Source: Chiloscyllium plagiosum
Taxonomy: Eukaryota
Assembly (NCBI RefSeq): GCF_004010195.1
Contig: NC_057718.1
Location: forward strand, 105,462,493 to 105,521,210
Length of the DNA stretch: 58,718 bases
Reading direction: 5' to 3'
This document shows positions 1 through 12,754 of the stretch, one piece after another. Within the stretch, counting starts at the first letter, position 1. Each line of letters starts with the position of its first letter. The translations under genes were made by a program, and so were the position numbers. A model generated the notes under the pieces. The model was given only the letters and a program-made list of their open reading frames with translations, ran no database searches and was not told the DNA's origin.

Positions 1-1460
1 TGACTTTAAACATGAAATACATGCTTTATCTACAAGAACTGTTTTTGTCCACTTCACTCATGGCTTCTGTCAAAACTGATGATGGCCTGCATGAGGGATT
101 AATCTAGCATCAATCAGTGGTGTATAATCCTTCGTGCATAGCATTTTTCTTTGCTTTATATGTTAAGAGGATTTGAGTTTAAAATGCATAAATTGATGTG
201 AAAAATCTGCATAAGATCAAAATTATTTCATTTCTCAAAGTTCTTGTGTTCATTTAGTTCCATTTATTCTAAATTTCTAAACACCGGAGTATTTTATATA
301 TATAGCCATAACATACATGAGGGACTTCAACGAGTATCCTTACGATATGACTGATTTTTTTAAGCTCTCTGTTAATATCCCAGTGCCTATGATATTATCA
401 AACCTGTTTAATGTTTTGATATTATGTTATTGTGTGACATCTGAATCCTTTTCATATAAAGGTATGGTAACAATGTCTTGTATAAAACCAATGATGGATT
501 TGAATGTACTGTACTATATAACTTGCTAAATATTAAAATATAACACCCACAATAAATACTGTCATAAGAAAACTGCAAATGATGCAAATCAGTAATATAG
601 GACTTTTGCAACATGTTAGTCAGCATCTGTAATGAGAAGAGTTGAGATGTATGTTTGCAGATGTAATTGATAAAATTTCTCCTTCAAGTCCCAGAAAATT
701 CTTTGTAGCTGACAATAGAAATCAAAACTAGAAACAATGCTAACAAAATGGTCCAAAATAGAATGTTTTGAAGTAGAGTCCAGGAAGTCTTGCTTTCCAT
801 TATTCCTCAACACTATACTCGTCACATTAAAGTGTATATCGCTTTTTGTCTGGAACTAACAGCTTCACATATGGTCTCTTTAGGGTGAAGGTGACTCTGA
901 GATGGCAAACTTGGCAATGGAAGCCTATAATGCTCTCAGGCCACTGCACCAATCTCCCCTGGAGATCGGGTTGTGATGACTGAAAGGTGAACACACACAT
1001 AAGTGCAATTTGCAGAAAGGATGTTGCTTAGGTGTTGGAATGCTGACTGATGCGGAGAGCAATAAGGAACAAAGCCCAAAACTAATTTCCCCCTTCCCTC
1101 GTTCAGGGATTCTGAGATAATTCTGCTGACCCACTGCCATCGTGCTTAAGATGTCCTAAATCCACACTGAGCAAGGATCAAACCATTAACTTTTCTGACC
1201 TGTACTGCTTAGTGCCCTGTACCAACTGAGCCAGAATTGACACAAACGTGTCAAATCATGGGATTGCCTGAAGTATGCTCAAACCTGTAATATTCTGCTG
1301 TGAAGTTGGGAATGTTATCAGTCAACCATTGTTTACTGCACAGGCATACCGCTAATGTTTAACCTGTTAAAATTACACAGCGTACCTTCAGAGCGCAGAC
1401 AAGACTCTAGCTTAGAACCACTTTAATTATCAGTACAATGGTGTAGTGGTGAATCTGGAA

Positions 1461-2106
1461 ACAATAGACAATAGGTGCAGGAGTAGGCTATTCTGCCCTT
1501 CGAGCCTGCACCCCCATTCAATATGATCATGGCTGATCATCCTTAATCAGTATCCTGTTCCTGCCTTATCTCCATAACCCTTGATTCCACAATCCTTGAG
1601 AGCTCTATCCAACTCTTTCTTAAATGAATCCAGAGACTGGGCCTCCACTGCCCTCTGGGGCAGAGCATTCCACACAGCCACCACTCTCTGGGTGAAGAAG
1701 TTTCTCCTCATCTCTGTCCTAAATGGTCTACCCCGTATTTTTAAGCTGTGTCCTCTGGTTCGGCACTCACCCATCAGCGGAAACATATTTCCTGCCTCCA
1801 GAGTGTCCGATCCTTTAATAATCTTATATATCTCAATCAGATCCCCTCTCAGCCTTCGAAACTCAAGGGTATACAAGCCCAGTTGCTCCAGTCTTTCAGC
1901 GTAAGGTAGTCCCGCCATTCCAGGAATTGACTTCGTGAACCTACGCTGCACTCCCGAAATAGCCAGAATGTCTTTCCTCAAATTTGAGACCAGAACTGCA
2001 CACAGTCTCACCAGGGCCCTATACAGCTGCAGAAGAACCTCTTTGCTTCTATACTCAATCCCTCTTGTTTTGAAGGCCAGCATGCTATTAGTCTTCTTCA
2101 CTACCT
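1461..2106 (-). mobile_element. CR1-clade LINE, 5'-truncated 3' fragment (RT C-terminus plus 3' UTR and short repeat tail)
   Basis: ORF 1547..2392 contains RGIEYRSKEVLLQLYRALVR...VQRRFT...LEFRRLRGDLIE...TRGHSLK...FFTQRVV..WNALP; (CTATTGT)n tail. Confidence 0.9.
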
Positions 2107-2569
2107 GGTCAAATAATGTCAAAACCTTCAGCCAAGGAGAAAATAACTCAACACCTTTATCAATTAAAGTGTGGTGTTTGCAAACTGTTGATGACAGTGA
2201 AGTACAGAGCAGGGGAAAATAATGTGTTGTTTCATTGTTGTCTTCATTCAGTTCAAGGAATGTGGTTGTCAAGTGTTTGTTGGCCACAGTCAGGGAAACA
2301 GAAACCTGAGCTACAGAACTCACTGAATATATTGATTTGTCACAAACTCTTGGTAATTTGCCTGAGGAATATAGTATCAGATGGTTGACCACTAGTAGTC
2401 AAATCTTGCCTGAAAAGTAAACTTCAAACAGAAATAAATCTAAAGAATCTCTCGGCATGGATGCAACCAATGATGAACCCTATAAGTAGGTTGACTTTTC
2501 AAACCAAGCTGATGAATACTCATCCTTCTTGATCCACGTTATCTGAACAAAGCAATAACGAAGGCAACA

Positions 2570-2892
2570 ACACAAAAGAAAAATGCTGCATGTCCTGAAA
2601 TGCTGGAATAAAAGAAATACTGGAAATATTCAACAGGTCAGGTGTTATCTGCGGTGAGAAAGAAATATAGGCTTTATTGAATGCTCTTTCATTGGCATCG
2701 ATGGAGAGAGAGAAAAACAGAATTAACATTTCAAATCCGATATGACTCTTCTTTCAGAACTGGTCTGTACTGTAGAAGTGTCATATTGGATTTGAAACGT
2801 TAACTCTTTTTCTCTCTCCACAGCTGCTAACAGACCCACTGGGTTTCTCCAGTACTTGATATTTGACTTTCAGATTTACAGTATCTGCTTTT
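2570..2892. repeat. Degenerate palindromic Penelope-like/MITE-like hairpin element
   Basis: Arms ...gagagagaaaaacagaattaacatttcaaatcc... and ...ggatttgaaacgttaactctttttctctctcc... are approximate reverse complements. Related pieces occur at 21290-21390, 33780-33905 and 56500-56625. Confidence 0.6.
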
Positions 2893-4918
2893 ATATCTAT
2901 TTCTAGAGATGCTCTGAATGTCAGAAAGTTGGCGTCAAAAGCACCAGAGAAAAGCAAAGGTAAAACCAAAGCCGGTACTTTATTCATTTTATGGAGTGAT
3001 AAAGGTATATAATATATTACCATCATTTGGGAAGGTGGAGTTTAATGCAGAGGTAAAATTCATGTGTTTCATTCTGTGAAGCAATTACTTGATGCACATG
3101 ATCAGTGTGGCAACACATTGGCTACAGCCCTTGGAGATCTGCACAGTGGCAGGTAAACTTACAGGGAATATAATTGTGAACATAACTTATTTTAAAGTAG
3201 AAAAGGTCAGAAAATCATCTGGAATGGTGAATGAAATAAATCACTTCCAAGAAGGCATTTGAGTTGAGTGCCCAGTAGAATACCTGTGGTGTTAACTGAT
3301 CAACTGTTGTTTATGAAGTTGAACATGAAGTTCCCCATAATAGTGGGGAATTTGGTGATATCAATGCCATTGAACATTAAGGTGGGGATTCTCTTTCTAT
3401 TTTAACCTGGGATATAGGTTTTGACCAGAATTTATTGCCTATCCTGAGATGCCCAGAGAGCAGTCAGAGTCAAATACAGTACTATGAGTTAGGAGGCAGA
3501 TCAGGTAAGGAAGATAACATCCTTCAGGGAAGGAAATCTAATGAATCAGATGGGATTTTACAAAACTCACTTGGTGATCACTATTAGAACACTTCTTTTG
3601 AATTCAAATTTCACCATTTGCCCATGGTGGGATTTGAACCCCCATGCTCAGAACATTAGGCTGGGTTTTAGGTTAATAGGTCAGTGTCATTACCACTATA
3701 CCACCACCTCCTCATTCTTGTTGAAGATGGTTATTTGTAATGGCACTGGTGACACCTGGCATTTGTTTGACATGTGTTACTTGCTGCTGTTTCTCCCCAA
3801 GCCTGGATGTTATCCAGATCTTGTAGGATATATAAGGGACCGTTTCAGTATCTGAACAGTCACGAATGGTGCTGAACATTATGCAATCATCAGTGAACAT
3901 CCCCACTTCAAACCAATTATGGAGGGAAGGTCATAAATGAAGCAGATGAAGGTGATTGGGCCTATCAACTCCTGCAGAGTTGTCCTGGAACTCCAATAAC
4001 TGGCTTCCAATAGCCCATAATCATCTTCCTTTCCACAAGTGTGACTGCAACCAGAGAGTTCCCCCCGCCACACCCCCCCCATTCCCATTGACACCAGTTT
4101 TGCTGCAGGTTACTTGATACTACACAATCAAAAGCTGTCTTGATATCAAGTGCAGACACTGCCACCTTACCTCAGGAATTCAGCTCATTCTCCATGTTTG
4201 AACAAAAATTATAATGAGGTCAAGAGTTGAATGACTCCAGCAGAACTTGAACTGGGTGTCAGTGAACAGCTTATTCCTTCACAAGTGTTGCTTTGTACCA
4301 CAGAACAGAGATCATAGTAATCCACAAACAAATTCCATGTGACAAACCCATCAGTCATTGAATGGTAGACTTTTCAATTACCACAGCAAGAGTTGTCCTT
4401 GCTAACCAGATTCAGGAGAAGCCAGTAGCCAACCTCTACATTAAGGATTCCCTATAAACCCTTATTACATGTGGAGAGACACAAACAGTGCTGCACACGT
4501 ATTTAAAAATAATATAGTGATCACCCACTAAGAATTTAAAGATTCATGTAATCATTTGGTCCTTTAGAACATTTACATTGCCAAGAACACTACTATGTGT
4601 ATTTCATGTATTGGGACAAATGCCAAAGGGAAACAACAAATAACTTCAAAAAACAAAATGCTTGAGAATAAAGCTTTATTTGGAATTCATTATCCAGAAA
4701 TGAAAATTACAATATTTAGAAAACTTGAAGATTCAACATTTAGTGTAATTGATGTGATCAAAAGAACTTAAACAACTGTAAAAGCAGTTACATTGCCAAA
4801 AATAAAATTCCTATAAACAGCTTTCAGCTAAATAATTTGAGAATAACAGTCAAAAACTACTGTTGAAACAATCTGCAAGATTAACATCTTCAGAAGAAAA
4901 CCCAAATCCATTCATTTT

Positions 4919-5693
4919 AAGAGTTGTAGAATCACAGATGTACAGCATGGAAACAGACCCCTCAGTCTAACCCATCCATGCCGATCAAATAACCCCAACC
5001 CCAATCTAGTCCCACCTGCCAGCAATTGGCCCATATCCCTCCAATCCCTTCCTATTCATATACCGATCCAAATGCCTCTTAAATGGTGCAATTGTACCAG
5101 CCTCCACCACTTCCTCTGGCAGCTCATTCCGTACACGTACCACACACTGCATGAAAATGTTGCCCCACAGGTCTCTTTTATATCTTTTACTCCTCAGCCT
5201 AAACCTACGCCCTGTAGTTCTGGACTCCCACAGAGACTGTCTATTTACCCTATCCATGCCCTTTATGATTTTATAACCTCTAAAGGTCAGCCCTCAGCCT
5301 CAGACGCTCCAGGGAAAACAGCCTCAGCCTATTCAGCCTCTCCCTATAGGTCAGATCCTCCAACCCTGGCAACATCTTTGTAAATCTTTTCTGAACCCTT
5401 TCAAGTTCCACAACATCCTTCCGATGGGCAGGAGACCAGATTTGCACACAATATTCCAAAAGTGGCCTAACCAATGTCCTATACAACCGCAACGTGACCT
5501 CCCAACCCCCATACTCCATACTCTAGCCAATAAAGGAGAGCATACCAAACGCCACCTTTACTATCCTATCTAACCGTGACTCCACTTTCAAGGAGCTATG
5601 AACCTGCACTCCAAGGTCTCGTTGTTCAGCAACACTCCCTAGCACCTTATCATTAAATGTATAAATCCTGCTAAGATTTGCCAATCTTCCAAA
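4919..5693 (-). mobile_element. CR1/HER1-type LINE 3' fragment (frameshifted RT)
   Basis: ORFs 5523..5783, 5280..5519 and 5006..5257: QRDLGVQVH, LYRTLVRPLLEYCVQIWSP, ERVQKRFT, NELPEEVVEAGTI. Confidence 0.9.
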
Positions 5694-6473
5694 GTGGCAT
5701 ATCAGGAAAGTAGACTTCACCATTGTCCCAGAGGAAGAGGCTGTCTGTACATCAGAAACCAACAGTTCAGTAGAATGTTTCACTCAAAATTCTACAGGAT
5801 GTTGAAGTGTCTCAACCAACTCCGAAGTCAAATTATTGAGCAACACAACTCAAGGAGAGGAAACTTCATTAGGTCTCAAAGAGCATTTGCTGAACCCATG
5901 ACTAAAGAAAATATGTACCACTCAATATTATGTTTGTGCCCATCATCTCTGTGACTGAGAAATTAGATGAAATTGCTGACTTTACAGGTTTAGAAGAATT
6001 ATTCAATTGGGAGGATGGTCTCAGAGTAGACAAGCAGTGGGAGATTAATACCCTTCAATATGCTTCTACCTATCTGACATTACAGGAAAACAGAAGATTT
6101 TTGGATATTTCTGCCACGTCTCACATTTGGCCAATAGGTTTAATTCAAGAGATGTTACAACTGAAGGGAGTGCATTTAGGAAATACACTTAACATTAAAT
6201 CAATTAGTGAGTGGTTGGGGGGGGGGCAGGGCGGGTTGCATAGCTGTGTGTGGGGGGGTGCGCGGTGTGAAGGAGGAGGGTTTGATTGAGGGAAGTTTAA
6301 AATTTTGAAAGAAACAAGTGAGCAGATGTGCAAGGTAATGAACAGATGAACACCAAACATTCACAGGTACAGCACAAAAATACAAGCAGAAGAGGGCAAC
6401 AGAATAATACTCAAAGCCAAAACAATATTCAGATAGCGAAAAGTCAAAACTTAAGGCTCTTTATCAAGCATTA

Positions 6474-6762
6474 AGAGATTAGATCCCCTACAGTGTGGAA
6501 ACGGGCCCAACAAGTCCACACCGACCCTCCGAAGAGCAACCCACCCCCCCTACATTTACCCCTGACTAATGCACCTAACACTATGGGCAATTTAGCATGG
6601 CCAATTCACCTGACCCGCACATCTTTGGACTGTGGGAGGAAACCCACGCAGACACAGGGAGAATGTGCAAACTCCACAGAGACAGTTGCCCGAGGTGGGA
6701 ATTGAACTCGGGTCCCTGGTGCTGTGAGGCAGCAGTGCTAACCACTGAGCCACCATGCCACC
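6474..6762 (-). mobile_element. HE1-like V-SINE (tRNA-derived)
   Basis: Minus strand GGTGGCTCAGTGGTTAGCACTGCTGCCTCACAGC...GAGTTCAATTCC (A/B boxes), then V-domain GTGGAGTTTGCACATTCTCC and a CR1-like tail. Confidence 0.88.
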
Positions 6763-6774
6763 ATTTGTAACAAG

Positions 6775-7815
6775 GTAGAGGAGCTGTCTACACAAATAAA
6801 AATAAATGAAGTGGATGATTGATAGGTATTATGGAGATATAGTTACAGGGTGACCAAAACTGGGAACTCAATATTCAAGGGTCTTCAATGTCCAGAAAAA
6901 TAGACAAAAGGAGAAGTAGCTGGGGGATGCAGTGTTAATTAAGGAATGTGTCAGTGCAGTAATAAAAGAGTGATATAGATACAGGGTCTAGATTAGAGTG
7001 GTGTTGGAAAAGCACAGCAGTTCCGGCAGCATCCGAGGAGCAGTAAAATTGACGTTTCGGACAAAAGCCATTCTGAAGGTGATAGGTTGGGGGGAGGGGG
7101 GAGTGGATAGGTGGAAAAGATAGGCAGGTAGGACAAGTCATGGGGACAGTGCTGATACAGCAAATCAGGATTTGGATCAGTCTCTGTGGAATGCATCAAT
7201 GTATGTTTCTTAGACCAGTATGTTGCAGACCCTACCCAGGAGCAGGCGTTTTTAGATCTAATAATGTATAATGAAAGTAGCATTAACAAGAGATCTTATT
7301 GTTATGGGTCCTGTAGGGAATAATGTTCAGTGTAGAATTTCAAATTCAGTCAGAGGGAGAGGAGCTCAGGCTCAGACAACAGCCCTCAACTTAAATAAGA
7401 GCAATTGGAGAGGTAAGAAAAAAGAATTGTCTAAGGCAAGCTTGGAAAATAGAATAAAGAGAAGGTGGCAGATGGAAGAGCAGTGGCAGACATTTCAGCA
7501 GTTATTTCAATACACTCAGCAAGAACTTATTCCAGCAAAAAAACTTAAGAATAAACCAACCTTTTTTTTGAAAAAGCAACAATGATCAAGAGAGTATCCA
7601 ATCAAAACTAAGGGAAAAACCAATGGTAGGTCAGAATTGGGATTTTCTTTTGGAACCAGTAGCAGATGATAAAAGAGCTAATATAGAAAAAGAGAGAAAC
7701 TGGATTCAGAAAGTAAATTGGCAAGAAATATAAGAACAAACAGCAAATGTTTCTATGGCTACATTAAAAAAAGTGAGTAGCTAAAGTGGAAACCTTGGAT
7801 TATGAGAGTGAGGAA
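6775..7815 (+). mobile_element. Degraded CR1 ORF2 (endonuclease region) with a nested Penelope-like fragment at about 6988-7156
   Basis: Remnants FLDQYV...PTQEQAFLDL and LNLNKSNW. The insert carries gacgtttcgg (reverse complement of CCGAAACGTC). Confidence 0.65.
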
Positions 7816-9014
7816 TTAAAAACCGGGTCTACTCCTACTTGTCATGTGTTGTGTTATGGAAATATGAAATAAACCTCATTACTGTTCAAGCTTGAGCCAC
7901 TTTCCCTGAAGTCATCAAATGGATCTCCTTCCACATCCAGAATCTGTAATACAGATCATTACACACAAGGATTGTTGGCAGTAAAAAGTCTACCTACAAC
8001 ATCCCAAATAGCACCTGGAGTTGATCCCAGGAGTGATCCAACTTCAGTTTTATATAGAAGTCTGGAAGTGTCTTAATGCAGCTTGAGCTCTAATGAATGC
8101 AGAGCTCAACTATTTTAAATTATGAAATTAAAAATCACCCTTTTACAGTGAGAGTATTAGGAATGGCCAAAAATGTACATCTTTTAAAAGAGATTTTCCT
8201 CAAAAATTGCATTTGAGGGAAAGTGTTATTTCCATTTTATGATCACCCAAGGTTCAAGGGGATGGAGAGAAAGGCACTAGATACTGAAACTCATTTGGAG
8301 AGTTGGTGCAGTTGGTGGGTTGAATGTTATCCTTCTGTGTGGAACATTTCAAGTTACAAGCACCAGAGCACTGCAATTACAACAACTTGTACTCTACAGA
8401 ACCCTCCAATGTCATAGTTCCTTGTATACAAAGATATTTAAAAGTTCTCCATTCCTGGAAACTAACAACAGAATCTCAAGCCTATGGTGAGAATTCACTA
8501 CAGTTCAACACCAGAACATCACAGGAAGCTGGTACTGGAGGAAACAGATGCTGAAATCCTGCCAGCTTCTCATTGTACTCAGGATGAGCCTGTGAAACAA
8601 ATCAGGAGACCCCCATTAATTTCAGCAGCAGACATCATTAGCAACCTACCATCCTTCCAAAATGCCCCAAGGACATTGGGGACTGGTATCTTTATGCAAC
8701 CTGATATTCATTTTACTTTCACTTTGAAGCATTCACTGTGTCTTACGCAGTTTATAACATAGCCTATCACTGACTCAGTTTAAAGACAATAGTACCTTCT
8801 AAGTACACCGCAAAAAAGAAATTGGAACATTTATCCTTTTGTGCAGTGTTTGACCATCAATATCTTCGCCCGAGACTGTCAAAAAAAAAAAGGGTACATT
8901 AGCAGGCTTTTAAAGTCTGAAAAATTGGACGGGGTGATACAGCTAAATGTTTTCTTCAAAACTTGATTGTCAAAGAATACAACGTTGACACTACAATGAT
9001 CAATTTCAATCTTT

Positions 9015-9217
9015 AAGTGGGTAAAATCACCATAGTCCTATCAGACCATAGGGACACTCAGACAATTGGTGATGGTTTAACCAAAGGTCACCACGCTTCA
9101 GGCTAGTGGAGAGGTTGAGAAGGAGTCCTTCATGGTAAACGCATCCTGTGTTGGAATGGAAGCTATGGTGTCAACATCACTCTGCATCACAAACCAGCCA
9201 TCCAGCCAACTGAACCC
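9015..9217 (-). mobile_element. tRNA-derived SINE remnant
   Basis: Minus strand begins GGTTCAGTTGGCTGGATGGCTGGTTTGTGATGCAGAGTG with a degenerate B box. Confidence 0.5.
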
Positions 9218-9404
9218 AAAGTATAAAAATGTTACAGATGGCGTTTGCATTCCCATATGCCAGATTTATAATAGAAGTAGAACAGTTAAATTTAGATAAA
9301 CAGCATTGGATTCAGAGTGATAATTTACACTATACTAGCTACACCCTAGCCCATTTATCACAGAGTATTGTTTGCAAATACCTGTATCTGCTGAACACTT
9401 CAAG

Positions 9405-10232
9405 TCAGAGATATGCAGCTCAGAAACAGATCCTGCTCAGGCACCCCAAATTAATCTAGTCCCATTTGCCAGTATTTAGCCAACATCCCTCCAAACCCTT
9501 CCTATTTATATACCCATCCAGATGCCTTTTAAAGTGTTGTAGTTGTACCAGCCTCCATTTTCTTTGGCAGCTCTTTCCATACATGCAGTATCCTGCATGA
9601 TAGAAAGTTGCCCCTTTAGGTCCCTTTTAAATCTTTCCCCTCTCACCCTAAACCTATGCCATTTAGTTTTGGACTCCCCTACCCTGGGAAATGGGCCTTG
9701 AATAGTCAACATGCCCTCATGATTTTATAAACCTCTAAGGTCACCCCTCAGCTTCTGATGCTCCAGGGAAAATAGCCCTGGCCTAGTCAGCCTCTCGCTA
9801 TAGCTAAAATAAAGAACAAAGGAAATTTACAGCCCGGAAACAGGTCCTTCAGCCCTCCAAACGTACTGTCTCTAAACCTGTTACCCAATTCCTAAGCATC
9901 TGTATCCCTCTGTTCCCCACCTACTCATGCATCTGTCCAGACGCATCTTAAATGAACTGCCGTGCCTTGCCTCTACCACCTCTGCTGGATGGAGGCTAGC
10001 CATTTGGATACAAAATTGACTTGAAGTTGGGGGATAGAGGGTAATGATGTAGGATTGGTTTTCTGACTGGAGGCCTGTGACCAGTGGTGTGATGCAACGA
10101 TCAATGCTGCGTCCACTGCCTTTTGTCATTTGTATAAATGGTTTAGATTTGAATATGGGAGGAATGGTTAGTAAGTTTGCAGATGACACCAAAATCGGTT
10201 GTGTCGTGGACAGTGAAGAATGTTATATCAGA
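9405..10232. mobile_element. Cluster of CR1 fragments (two minus-strand 3' ends at 9405-9985; plus-strand RT piece at 9985-10232)
   Basis: GESKTKWHRFRVRGERFK; plus-strand VTSGV.Q.S.L.PL.FVI.IN.LD...SKFADDTK. Confidence 0.85.
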
Positions 10233-10280
10233 CTAATTGTCTGCGATCTTCTTCGAGATCCTCTCCACTTTCACACTAGT

Positions 10281-10415
10281 TGACAATCACCTGATGAAGG
10301 AGCGTCGCTCCGAATGCTAGTGTGCTTCCAATTAAACCTGTTGGACTATAACCTGGTGTTGTGTGATTTTTAACTTTGTACACCCCAATCCAACACCGGC
10401 ATCTCCAAATTATGA
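10281..10415 (+). repeat. Half copy of a palindromic Penelope-like repeat with a hammerhead-like core
   Basis: CTGATGA-A-GGAGC-GTC-GCTCC-GAAT-GCTA; same family as 12755-12920, 21147-21233 and 44405-44636. Confidence 0.75.
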
Positions 10416-10995
10416 TTTCTAAGAATGTCTTGTATGTGCAATTAAAGAGTTTGTTGTCCTCAAAAAAAGTTAACAAGGATCAGTAAGAGTGTAACTTAAG
10501 AGTGTAACTTAAGCTGCTTAGATTGTATTTGCTTCAAGAGTATCCAGCAGAATTTCAAAATTCAATTTGTGCTGGTCAGTGTACTCCCTTCTTGTCCCAT
10601 GACATGGTGCAGTGTCAGCATTTGCAAAATCACATCATTGTATCTAAAAAGGTGTTAGCTATCTCTGGCCCCAATCAGCAAATAAAAAGCAAGTTGTAAA
10701 AGACCATTAACTTTTCTCTGATTGTGATAAGTGCTGAAAAGAAGGTTTACAAAGTTATCCAAAGGAATACATTCGAGACTGAGGTCCAAAAGAGAAAACT
10801 CCTCATTCTTCAGAGGATCAATGGTTAAATTTCAATCTCACTGTTAGGATATCAACTGAATCCTTCTTTAACTCTCAATTGTTTTGTAAGATACTGTTGA
10901 ATGTTATTTATCTATCGTGTTATGTGGTCGGTTAAATGTGTAGCCACTGTACATTGAGGCAGAGCCGGGTGTGGGGGGGGGGGGGGGGGGGGGGG

Positions 10996-12232
10996 GGGAC
11001 AACATTAGAACCATCCAGTCCTCCGGCACCTCACCTTTATTTAAGGATGCCACAAAGATACTTGTCAGGGCCCAGCTATTTCCTCTCACCTCCCTCAGCA
11101 ACATGGGATAGATCCCATCCAGTCCTGGGGATTTGTTCACCTTAATAACCTCTAGCCTACCCAACACATCTTCCCTATTTATGTCAGCATGATCCAGACT
11201 AATCAAACTTCTATCTCTAATCTCAACATTTATCATTTTTCTCTCCTCAGTGAACACTGATGCAAAGTAATCATTCAGAATCTCACCCATTCTCTCAGGT
11301 TCGACACACAGCCTTCCTTCATTATCCTTTAGTGGACCAATCCTTTCTCTAGTTACCCACTACTTATATAAGAATAAAATGCTTTGGGATTCTCCTTAAT
11401 TCTGCTCGCTAAAGCTATTTCATGACCCCTTTTAGCACTCTTGATTCCTTGTTAAATCTTCCAATCCTGGCAAAATCCTTGTAAATCTTTTCTGAACCCT
11501 TTCAAATTTCACAACATCTTATAGCAGGAAGAACAGAATTGAACACAGTAATCAAAAAGTGACATAACCAATGATATCCTACTTCCTATATTCCACAAAC
11601 TGACCAATACAGGCAAGCATGCCAAATGCTTTTTTCATATCCTGTCTACCTGCAATTCCACCTTCAAGGAATAATGAACCAGCAGCCCAAGGGCTCTTGT
11701 TCAGAAACATTCTCCAGGACCCTACCTGGGCAATGTGTATAAGTCCTATCCTATTTTGCCTTTCCAAAATGTAACACCTCACATTTATCTAAAACTCCAT
11801 CTGCCACTGCTCAGCCCATTGGCCCATTGTATTCCAAGATAACCTTCACTGTTCACTACACCACCAATTTTGGCATCATCTGCAAACTGACTAACCATAC
11901 CTCCTAGGTTCACATCCAAATCATTTATATAAATGACAAAAAGCAATGGACCCAGCACCGATCCTTGCAGCACACTGCTGGTTACAGGCCTCCAGTCCAA
12001 AAAACGTCCTTCACCACCCAGCCTTCTACCTTCAGCCAATTTTATATCCAAATGATTAGTTCTCCCTGAATTCCATTTGTTCTAACCTTGCTAACCAGTC
12101 TACCAGTGGAACCTTGTCTATATGGACTTAGAGTTGTCAAACATCCACAATTGCCTTCAATGTTCTTGGTTACCTCTTCCCAAAAAAATACAATCAAGTT
12201 AGAGAGACTGGATTTCTCACCCACAAATCCAT
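10996..12232 (-). mobile_element. Two adjacent CR1 ORF2 fragments
   Basis: EILNDYFASVFT...KSPGLDGIYPMLLRE...VPEDW; WRPVTSSVLQGSVLGPLLFVIYINDLD...FADDAK. Confidence 0.88.
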
Positions 12233-12754
12233 TTATGAAAAGATTTAAAACTCTCCTTCCTCTGATGACTCAGGAGATTAAATCAGGGACAGGCTTTATT
12301 CAAGGGCATTAACCAAGTCACTTTCCTTCATAGTAAACTGAGTAGCAAGTATTCACAAGCAGTGTTGAGTTATCACCTGCATTTACTTAATGAACAGAAT
12401 GCTTTTCCCAGCTGATGTGAGCATTGCAAAGAGATCCTGTACCTGAAGAGGGGGAAAGGGACCCAACAAGGAACTCCCAAAACCACTAAAGGATCACCAC
12501 TGTGAGCTCAGCTGATCAAATTAAACTGTTGGCATTAATGATTGGATGACAACCTGCCAACAGGCACAGGACCAATATAGTTGCTTATGATGGCGATTGT
12601 CTCATGGAGCCCAGAGCCCAATTTCACAAATAGAAGAGACAGTGTCCACTGTGCTCATAATGGGACGGAGAAAATAAGCTGAATGATGTTTTCAAGTCAT
12701 CTGTTAGAGTTCAGGAGGCTACCATTTGGCCCATTTCTCCTGCACTGGCTGAAT

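Noticed and set aside
1547..2392. 281-aa ORF as a host gene
   Set aside because: CR1 reverse-transcriptase C-terminus read through into unrelated flank; no splice structure.
6700..6762. tRNA genes in A/B-box sequences (also about 46450-46503 and 53710-53773)
   Set aside because: These are SINE heads running into the V-domain, with no complete cloverleaf.
10973..10998. Poly-G run (also 23446-23461)
   Set aside because: Simple homopolymers of uncertain length with no evidence of function.
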